The notes beneath the pieces are model-generated. The model searched no databases and was not told where the DNA came from. It saw nothing but the letters and a program-made list of their open reading frames with translations. From Phoronis australis (Eukaryota; Animalia; Phoronida): a stretch of 64,000 nucleotides of DNA. Below, piece by piece: positions 54,801 through 64,000 of the stretch. The position numbers and the translations under genes are program-made. The stretch covers positions 334,288-398,287 of the forward strand of contig NMRA01000239.1 in NCBI GenBank assembly GCA_002633005.1, given 5' to 3'. Position 1 is the first letter of the stretch. Every line of letters starts with the position of its first letter.

Positions 54801-57800
54801 GAAACACAACGGGATGCACGAGGCTCCGTAGTAACCGACTGGACACGTGCACGTATTGGGTGCAGAGCAAATGCCTCGGTTCTTGCAAGGGGGTTCGCAT
54901 TTAGCTAGAACGTAAGTCTCTGATACTTGAATCTATACGTTTTAAAGAATTTCTGTAACTCTGATTCCAAGGCACCTAGGCGTCCCTGCATGCGAAAGGC
55001 TCAGGTCTGCCGGTGAAAAAATATTCTCTCACGCACGACATTCCTATCTCGCTGACGCATATTAAACTTCTGGCCCACTCTCCATATCTCGCGGACATAT
55101 TTCTTTGCTAGTGGACCAACCAAACCTGCTCATACGAATCATTCCCAGCCCGCAATGCAACTTCCCCACTCCCGGCTTACCTCGCTTTAGGAGCTGCCGG
55201 ACTATTTTCGTTGCTGTAAATATCGTACAATCAAACAGAAATTGCCTTTCACTCGCACAATGAATTTCATCCAGTTTATCAAGTTACAATGTGAACAGCA
55301 CTGACACTTAGTCAGTACTCAAAATCCAGCTAGGGAACAGGCATAATCGAAATCAACACAACATAATTATGCTAAAAAGATACGACGTCTTTCTATTCCG
55401 CACTTTTACTAAAAATGCCTCTGGTATGCACTTTTTCCAGAAATGCGTCTAGACTACTCGTGGTCCCCACCTGTTCCCAACACCGTAGCTCTATTCAAGA
55501 GTCTACTAAAATACAAGCCGTTACATCCTTGTAACTCACTGTAATACATTACTACAATACGATATACATCGTAACACTCTTCAACAAGCCCACAATGAGA
55601 CGGCCTATTCTTTGAGTAACGGGAACAAGTTTGAAGTTCCGATACCTGAGAGTTCTGGGATAGGGGTACTTTCATTTGAGGCTTCCATTTTGTAAATTCG
55701 GCGCGCAATACAGATTGATGCTAGTTTCGGAGCTGAACAAAAGCGAAAATCTTGGCAACGACAGTATAAACATCGACTTGATCCTGGGGCGCACTGTAAC
55801 ACGCATGTAGGACTCGTTGAAGAGTGTTACGGTGTATTATGTATTGCACTAATATATTGCAGTCAGCTGTAAGCATGTAACGGGTTGAATTTTAATAGAC
55901 TCATGAACAGAGTTACGGTGTTTGGAACGGGTGCGTGGTCACGGGATCACGCTATACCATTATGAGGACAGTCGAGCGCAAAAGTCAGTTGAAAACATAT
56001 TCACGGCCTAACAAACATTGTCAGTATATCAACATCTGATTTGCTTTGTTCATGTGTTACATTTTGTAGTTCAAAGATGATAGTTGTAAAATGATTCTGT
56101 TTAAAAAGAATAACTAAATTTACCGGGACTGTGCTTACACGTAGTTGATTTGTGCGTAGAGAGTTTATATCAGGTTATGGGAAGTGACAAGAGGGAAGAA
56201 AACGGTGTGCAAGGGTACACAATAGCTTTCACGGACATGAAACATCATGGTCAGGGTTGGTCCTTTCGAAAGCAAGGAAATATGTCCGCTAGACGCAACA
56301 AGTGGTCTGGAAGGTGGAAAACGCGTCCACGAGAGGGAAATTGCGTGCAGGTCCGTGCCACGCGCGGCCAGTGGAACATAGGTGCCTTGGTTCCAGTCAG
56401 CACAATCTGTGAGAAATGCAGAGGATTTTCATATTTACTGACTTCTCAATCTTACAAGTTCACTTGCAGACTCAGCCTGAGAAGTACTTAGGCCTACGTT
56501 TTCCGTTGTGTAAAACATTCTCTGTAGTAAGGTTGACTTCGTAAAATTTCAACTTCGATCTAAGATTTCATATGGCTACTCAGCGTAACTAAAGCCCTCC
56601 TACGTTAGCCATGCATACATAGGAGGTCTGCAGTCAAGAGTGGGATAGACAACCGTTCTCCAATTGAGGCATGTTATTAGATGAACGGGTGATAAGCCGG
56701 CAAATTGTCGGCTAGAAATCAGATTTACACATGCAAATTTTATTTACATTGTTTAAATTCCCACTCGATGAAAGCTTTTGAAGCCCACACCCCAGTGGAG
56801 CACGCCACCTGCAGGATTAGATAGAAATGTAGCTTCAGGCGGTTAAGGCCCATTGGGACATAGTTTTGGATAAGAAACTTTATTCTTACTTACCTTCACA
56901 CTTGAACCTGTTTTCCTTCATAACTGCGTAACCAGGGTTGCACTCGCACCGAAACCCGCCATCTGTATTCGTGCAGTCATGTTGACAACCCCCGTTGTTC
57001 ACGAGACACTCATCCAGATCTATGGGTAGGCAATAAGATTTGTAACAACATAAAAAAGGTGAAGTTATAAAACCACACGACATTTCGTTACAGTTCCAAT
57101 ATAACAGAAAGTCAACAGTAAAAATAAGAGGTGATACTTCACCTTGATCACTAAAACGTAGCTGTTGATGGAGACTATCTGCACAACCCAAATATTTGGC
57201 CTGTTGTTTTCATTGAAATCGTACAGAACCGTCGTGAACTATTCATGCCATCTTAGCCAATTGACTACACAAGACACTTTGACGGCAAACATACCAAAAC
57301 AACTACGCCTGTCAAGTGCCAACATGTAGCCGCGCCTGCATGTGCAACTGTGTGACGTAGCTTCAACTGCATCAGGTACGCACACGTGATCGCATCGGCC
57401 GTTATCGACGTCACATGGGTTGAGCTCTGCGTGAAGATAAATGAACATTGTGTACAACAGATTCAATCCGCGCATTTTCTAAGACAGCTACCGTTTCTGC
57501 AATATCTGTGGATTTTTTCGAGCACTGGCATTTGGCACGTATAAATTGACCCGGTATTTTAACTCTGCTGCAAGATAAGACAGCAAAATCGTAATAATTA
57601 TCTTAGCACAGGGAGATTCCGCAAACTGGCTCCCAAAATATCGGCCAACGGGCCCACACTTGGAAAATTTTCCTATAATAGGATTATAGCCCAACTTTCG
57701 GTGCCACAATTAAAATTTTCAAAGTTTGCAGTGTTCCCTCAAAATGATTCGTGTGAACATTAGTGTTAAACAAAATTAAGGCTGTACGAGAAACAGGACA

Positions 57801-60800
57801 TAGTTTAGTGTAACCGCCCAAAAATGAACTTTTGATCAAGACTATTGGCCTCGACTTTCAGAAGAGAAGTGGTTTCTGGTTTAGAAAGAAATGATGGCTC
57901 GTTATTGCTTCAGATATTGCTTGGAGCCGCCTGTACGTGACAAGCCAAATTATCGAACCTGGTCTAGAGCAAAAGGGAACCTTCAGTTAACTGTAAGCCC
58001 AGGAATCAGCTCCAGATTGAGTTAAAACACGTTGAGACCAACTTCGCCTAAAAATAAAAGACGCTATAGCATCAAACCATTGCTTTGCACCTGCACACGA
58101 TTGGCCATCTGAATTCAATCTCCGACATTGCTGATGGGAGGCATGTTTCAGTTTACTACAAGCATTCACGTAATGAACGGGGTTTTCCACTTATAAAAAT
58201 CGGGGTGCAGTATACCACATACATTTAGACCCAGTGTTTACCATTAGAGCTTAGGTACAAGGAAATAATGATACTGATACGGTATCACGACAAACGGAAA
58301 AAATGGATACGTGGACACGTATGCACATAGAGTGACGACTTCAAAATATTTGTTGAAGTAAGAAGTGTTCGCCAAAAATGAACAGCCTAATCAACAACAC
58401 TAGATTAGTACCGGTACATGAGACGCCATCGGAGTCCAGAAAGTATCCTTTTCCACATGAGCAGATCCGAGATCCAGTTGTGTTATCTCGACGGCAATGG
58501 TGAGAACAACCTCCATTGTTGACAGAACATGGGTCTAGGACTGGAACAAACAACAGGTACACGTAGAGCGAGTGGTGCCATGAGCTCCGGTAATAGTGAT
58601 GGTGGATACGGTAATAGTGAATGGGGGTGGGGCAGTGGCGGACCTAGGACGGGGGACCCAACATGTTGCCTCCGGGAAATGAGCGGAGCGTGGTTGTATG
58701 TGCACAGTCGGCGCGAAAGTTGTGGGGGCGTGGACCTTTTGTTCAGGAAGCTGTCTGTGGACTAAAAACAAAAAAGGGGAGCACGCTTCCGTCCGAACCC
58801 CCCGGTCTGCTACCGAACTCAATATTTCCTCACGCGATTTACGCTGCTGTTGTTTCACTTTGCTTCCGGTAGCCAAGGAGGGGGGCGGACTCCCTGGGCC
58901 CCCCTAAATCCGCCTATGGGGTGGGGGATGATCACAGTGTTGGGGTTGGTGAATGTGGTCAAGGTGACGACGTACTAGCGGTAGCATTGACTACGTTGTA
59001 GCGTGTGGCAATGAAATTGTTGATGATGACGTGGCATTGGTAGCACTAGCTTGCGCTTTCTGAAAATGGCAAAGCCATGAGACGTGGATGTTGACTATGC
59101 TATCCGAAGGGTGATGATGGTGGTTATAACTGTTGTGCTGTCGACGGCGGCGGTAACGGTGACAATGATAATGATGGTGCTGATGGGAATAGGGATGATG
59201 GTGGTGGTGGTAGTGGTGATGGTAGTGGTGAAAAAGTTGCTATTATCATAGGCGGATTTAGGGGGGGGNNNNNNNNNNNNNNNNNNNNNNNNNNNNNNNN
59301 NNNNNNNNNNNNNNNNNNNNNNNNNNNNNNNNNNNNNNNNNNNNNNNNNNNNNNNNNNNNNNNNNNNNNNNNNNNNNNNNNNNNNNNNNNNNNNNNNNNN
59401 NNNNNNNNNNNNNNNNNNNNNNNNNNNNNNNNNNNNNNNNNNNNNNNNNNNNNNNNNNNNNNNNNNNNNGGATGAAAAAAGATTTAAATGTGTGCAGTTT
59501 TAGTGTTGGTGGGGGGCTCAAATCCAATTTCAAGTGTCAAATTCTGAACACGGCGCATTCGTAACGGAACTATGGCTAAGTATAGGCTCTCCCGCGATAT
59601 CGCAGGCGACCGGCAGAGGCGCTGCGCACTACTACTCCTTTTCCGTCGTCTGCTCCACTATGCAATGAAGAAAATTTACTTCATTTTTAAAGAAAATGGA
59701 ACCTGAGTGACGATGAAAAAACAGAAGCTGCTGGTAAGATGTGAATTTTAGTCGAAGCCTTAGTGAATCACTCAGAAACTCGCAATACTCTCTTTGTCAA
59801 ACCTTACCTATTTTAAATACGACAAATTTGTTAAGAATTGATGGCACAAAATATAAAACGTGTAATAAGCATTACAAAAAGAAGTAGGTTTCGCGCGCAA
59901 ACGTTGTGGACCATGAACAAGTAGGTCTCTTAGTATACGATTAGTAGTTAATTCGTGGTGGTGTAGTGGTAATGCACGCGCGGTCTAAACGCTAGGTCGA
60001 GAGTTCGAATCTTTGGACACGTTCTCCTTTTTTGCCTCCTTTTCTTGGATAATACTTCAGGAATCAAGGAAAATGCTTGATTTTTAGAGGTAAAAACAGA
60101 AAAATTTCGTGGGCGGGATGGGGGCAAACCCCCCTCCCGACCTCCCCCCTTTCGGTGCTATGCGCATCTACAATTGTGGTTCACTTTGCTTACAGCAGGA
60201 CAAAATGTTGCTCCCCTTTGTGATATCCTAGATAGGCCACTGATTATAAGGGGGCATAACAGAAATCACCACCTTTGTAGGCCTACCTCGAACAATACAT
60301 ATGAATCCAAATACGTGTTTTCGTGTCTTAAACGTACATCGGGCGTTATTGTTTCGGTAACGCGGCCACTGCCACGGGACATGTGGTTTCGCATCATGGC
60401 GAGTGTCGAAAGTTTAGCTTGATTTTGTGACGAAAAATAGAGTTGTGAAATAAGGCACTATGGCACTTCTCGTTTTGTATTGTTGTACCGTGGTTGTGAC
60501 GAAATTCATGATGTAACTTTTGGTTATATAAACTGCTTTGTCCTCATTTCATCTTACGTTTGAGTTGACCATTCTGGAGCCGTCAAAGCAGCACTCTACA
60601 TAACCTTAATGTTACCGTACCAACGCAAGTGAACTCGTCTTCATCCAGAATCCGTCCATCAAAGCAAGAGCAGGCGTATGTGCCATTGGTATTAGTACAT
60701 ACGTCACTACAGTTACCGTTGGCTACAGCACATTCATTTACATCTGAAACAGAAGAACAACAGGTCAAGTAAAAGTTATGGGGACATCTCAACCTTTGTT

Positions 60801-63556
60801 TAACTCCGTCACAATTCACTTCAGCAGAAACTCTACTTGCGCCAAGTCGCTTCTTATTTCATGACCATTCATAGACCTAGGCGTATCTGGACTTAGCTGC
60901 AACGTACACGGGATCATAAGACGTGAATATATCCGAACATAGGCGTGGGTTTGAGAATTGAAGTTTATTTTTAGAACACTTCCGGTTTTAGTATGATTAA
61001 TCAATCGAAGATTTGCATGCTCTGATGTCATAGCGTTTGCAACGAGTCAGTAAGGGGTTGTGTTCGCCTTGACATTGAAAATGTTTTGACCTCAAGCAAA
61101 ACACTGCTACGAAGTAGTATATTAAGTCTATACAAGTTGTGGTTGTTTACCGAGACTATTTCCGTATGACGGCACCCGTGGGGTTTACGTTATGTTCACA
61201 GTTGTTAAACGGATTATTGTACTCTCTTTTCCAGAGGTGACTTATGAAAGGATGTGCTAGCATGGCTTCCAGCTGATTGACAGAACGAAGGAACATTCCG
61301 ATTGGTTAGATGTTTTGAAATATTCACGTCATACATCTCTTTTGGCTTGCAGTTGGCTGCAATAATAATAGTTGACTATAGATGCCAGAATGGGCTAACC
61401 GATTCCAGTCGCTTTTGAGAGCGATTCGCCGAAAAACGGACAAGTATCGAAGGCTGCTATATTCCCAGCAAAACAGAATGGTCACCGCAACAATTCGTTG
61501 GTACCTCGTTAAACGCCGGTCGGTAACGACAGCACATCTGCATGCACACTCTGCGTGCATTGCTCTGGTGTCACTGTACATTTGGCTTCAAATCAATCCG
61601 CTTATAAGATATTTACAGACAACTCTGATGAATAGGCCCACCCAGAAATAGCACAGCACCACTCCCATTCTAAGGTATTTACCCACAACGCTACACAGGT
61701 GTCAGTACTTGTCTTGCAATTGTACTTGCCACTACCCCATCTCCTAATCCTCATGTAAATCACGCTTAGTATATTGCTTGCATTTTGAGTTGCAATGCTG
61801 TTATTAAGAAATTGGCAAAATGAACAAACATTAGTGGTGGATGCGCGTGCTAATGAGATTTTGAAATGAAAGGCAGTCACAAGGAGAATTTAGTCCATTA
61901 CGGGTTTTTGCACTATGCTAAGCATAATGGCAAAATAACGAACAAACGGTCTTTTAAGTATTTTTTGCCGCATTTTTCAAATGCGAAAGTGAACAACAGC
62001 AATCTAGTTAACTCAGTGAGTCTCCAAACAAGAAATTGAATGCCTTCAGAATGAATATTGTCGGAAAGTTGACAGCATTTTAAATTGCACAAAGCCAAAT
62101 ATTGTACGCTCTCATGGCGGCGAGAATGAACTATAGCTAATCGATTATATTGTAAGTTAGTCTTTTGTGACTTGATCAACACATCAAGGTGTCAAGTAAA
62201 ACGAAAAAACGATTCATTATGTTTTGTTTACCTCGACACTCTCCGTTCACGTCACCGTAACCTTGTGCGCACGCACACCTATAACTTCCTGGCGTATTAA
62301 TACATTGACGATTCCTTGGACAATTGGTGGAAGCACATTCGTCAACGTCTAGAACAGTAAGAAATATCAAGACTAAATACCGGTGCCAAAAGTGACATTA
62401 AGGATTTGCAATTTACAAGGTATCTCCAAGGAATACAGACATTTTCGCAAGCAATTAAACTTTAAAAAGCAACGTTGTCAATTGATGTCATAAATATCTG
62501 CATTCGTGGCGACTGTGTACAGTATCGTGAGACAGCTCAGCAACTAACAAAGTAAAAATATATTTCTACATCAGCGCTTAAATGGTCTGTGAGTTAATAA
62601 CAGGGTAATTTTAATTGTTTAAAACCTAATTTTAGAATGCTCTTTGTGTTAAAACACGCAAATTATTCTAAAATTAGGTACCTGCCCGACGAATAACTGA
62701 AGCAGGAACAACCACATCACTTCCAAGAAAAATCCTGGGCGTAAATTTAAAATAGATTTTTTCATTTCAATGATGGTCATTGATCGACCTAAACTTCATG
62801 GGATTTTCATTTGAAAATTTTGCTTAAATTTTCAAAGAAATATGTTTAAATTTGTTTTGCTTGACTTTTAAAGATGTTCTGTCTGTTTTCTTTTCATTCA
62901 GAATGAAGATCCTTCGACAGGTAATCAAAAGTTTTCCACCATAGCCAGAATTAAAAATGAAATATCAAAATAACGTTTGAATTTCTGATGTTACATCAAC
63001 AAAATAACCTCACCTTTGAGCGGCCGTGAACTTCGCTTTTTATGAATTCTCTTTAAAATCGTTATTTACGAAATGTTCTTACTTTAGTTATAACTTCTGA
63101 TTAATAAAACTTCTCCTGTGCTCTAAACTGGTGATACGAAACAAGTTACTCATAATCCAACAATAGTTACCGGTCATGAAAACTTTGTAACTCCACGCCA
63201 AGTTGACATTTTTACCAGAAACTAAGTTCCCTTTGTAGTGTCCATCCGGCGATGACACCTCGTGCCAAAAATGAACGTGGAAGACATTTCGTTCTGTGTG
63301 ATGTGTCCATGACGTGGATCGGGCATATCGGCAAAACTCTGTGCAGCTTAGTGTATGGTGCCATCTAATAACTAGAACGAAAGGCATTTTGCACCAGCTT
63401 CTACACGTGTTTTGTAAATTTCATTTTACATCTGTTAGTTACCTGAGCACGTTCCGTTGGACATTTGAAAACCTCTGAAGCAGACGCAGAACGCCTCGGG
63501 GTCTTCTTTACATCCGCCGTTCTCAGGACATTCTAGTTCAGCACATGTGACCATTT
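51789..63556 (-). CDS. 3' part of a multi-EGF extracellular protein gene (cbEGF/EGF repeats, six short WIF/VWDE-type EGFs, C-terminal EMI-like domain); 5' end probably beyond the window
   Basis: Exons 63443-63556, 62232-62348, 60621-60743, 58412-58540, 57295-57426, 56894-57019, 54716-54904, 53623-53718, 53376-53495, 52498-52717, 52241-52357, 51789-51849; all GT-AG and phase-compatible (phase 1-1 EGF exons), ending in TAG. Confidence 0.9.
52241..52357 (-). CDS. EMI-like exon SCRLVTY...[17 protein letters not shown]
   Basis: ctgcag acceptor, AG|gtaata donor; C..Y...C...W.RCTRYR pattern of EMI domains. Confidence 0.82.
52498..52717 (-). CDS. Two EGF repeats ([11 protein letters not shown]..., [11 protein letters not shown]...)
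   Basis: GT-AG; six-Cys spacing. Confidence 0.93.
53376..53495 (-). CDS. EGF exon ([11 protein letters not shown]...)
   Basis: GT-AG, phase 1-1. Confidence 0.92.
53623..53718 (-). CDS. EGF exon ([15 protein letters not shown]...)
   Basis: GT-AG, 96 nt, phase 1-1. Confidence 0.93.
54716..54904 (-). CDS. Two EGF repeats ([11 protein letters not shown]..., [11 protein letters not shown]...)
   Basis: GT-AG, 189 nt, phase 1-1. Confidence 0.92.
55467..55935. mobile_element. MITE with ~130-bp imperfect TIRs
   Basis: caccgtagctctattcaagagtctac...gtaacactcttcaac pairs with gttgaagagtgttac...tagactcatgaacagagttacggtg. Confidence 0.8.
56894..57019 (-). CDS. Calcium-binding EGF exon ([12 protein letters not shown]...NTDGGFRC)
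   Basis: cbEGF consensus, GT-AG. Confidence 0.95.
57295..57426 (-). CDS. EGF exon ([13 protein letters not shown]...)
   Basis: Six-Cys EGF, GT-AG. Confidence 0.93.
58091..58170 (-). pseudogene. Degenerate, internally deleted EGF pseudo-exon
   Basis: VNACSK...[16 protein letters not shown]|gt; central Cys pair and AG acceptor missing. Confidence 0.5.
58412..58540 (-). CDS. EGF exon ([14 protein letters not shown]...)
   Basis: ttccag acceptor (alternative tag 6 nt downstream), G|gtact donor. Confidence 0.92.
59110..59232. repeat. (GAT/GGT)n low-complexity tract
   Basis: gatgatggtggt...gatgatggtggtggtggtagtggtgatggtagtggtg. Confidence 0.75.
59269..59469. other. Assembly gap
   Basis: Run of N. 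Confidence 1.
59955..60015 (+). repeat. tRNA-like / SINE head
   Basis: A-box tggtgtagtgg and B-box gttcgaatc, but no complete acceptor or anticodon stems. Confidence 0.5.
60621..60743 (-). CDS. Calcium-binding EGF exon ([12 protein letters not shown]...NTNGTYAC)
   Basis: cbEGF consensus, GT-AG. Confidence 0.95.
62232..62348 (-). CDS. Calcium-binding EGF exon ([10 protein letters not shown]...NTPGSYRC)
   Basis: cbEGF consensus, GT-AG. Confidence 0.95.
63443..63556 (-). CDS. EGF exon ([14 protein letters not shown]...CVCFRGF)
   Basis: Six-Cys EGF, GT-AG, phase 1-1. Confidence 0.9.
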
Positions 63557-64000
63557 CTGCAAAATTGGGTGAATAATGCCGGGTTGTTTCGGATCGGTGC
63601 GGATAATTCGAACTAGAATAGTATATAAGGAAAAATGTCCAATAGTAGGTATGAGACACCTACGTGTTTCTCATCATTAGTCTCAAAATACGAAAAGATT
63701 TTATAAAATGCCTGCTTCTGATTGCTGCCGCTCAGAAGTTGTGAAAAGTACTATTAGTACGTGACTTCTTACGCGATTGTTCCAGACCTTTCCGGGAGCA
63801 CACATCACGCAAAGCGAGAAAACTTGACTACGCTGTCGATGACGTATGCAGTCAGCTGCACGAAGATTGCCGCATTAATACACGGTTTGTCTTTTCACTG
63901 TGTCGGAGCACTTGTCTCACAGATTCTTGCAACAGTTCAATGTCGTCTGTGAGATCTCACGTGACCACCCCTAGTCGTAGTCAACATCATCCCATCGAAG

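Noticed and set aside
59955-60015. tRNA gene (also 4185-4250 and 15486-15590)
   Set aside because: A/B-box-like motifs only; cloverleaf stems do not pair, consistent with SINE heads

Overview
Intron-rich animal (invertebrate-like, AT-rich, repeat-laden) draft-assembly DNA, not prokaryotic; most ORF-track entries are spurious. Main content: (1) two tandem plus-strand alanine aminotransferase (GPT/ALT, PLP class I) genes with the same 12-coding-exon structure: copy A 17005-27335 (complete, 1530 nt, 509 aa) and copy B 32587-49278 (exon 9 runs into an N gap). A decayed CR1/L2-like LINE and an ~88-bp minisatellite lie between them. (2) The 3' part of a convergent minus-strand multi-EGF extracellular protein gene (63556 down to 51789) that ends in a truncated C-terminal EMI-like domain. 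(3) Many transposon remnants (HERO-clade RLE non-LTR element, Kolobok-like, Crypton-like, foldback MITEs, tRNA-derived SINE heads) and a 1.66-kb apparent duplication that is probably an assembly artefact. Most notable: motif-centred divergence of ALT copy B, its lack of copy A's upstream region, intronic tandem copies of the PLP-lysine exon end plus donor in both paralogs, the C-terminal EMI architecture, and an unexplained coding insert in copy B intron 8. All calls were made by eye; none was checked against a database.
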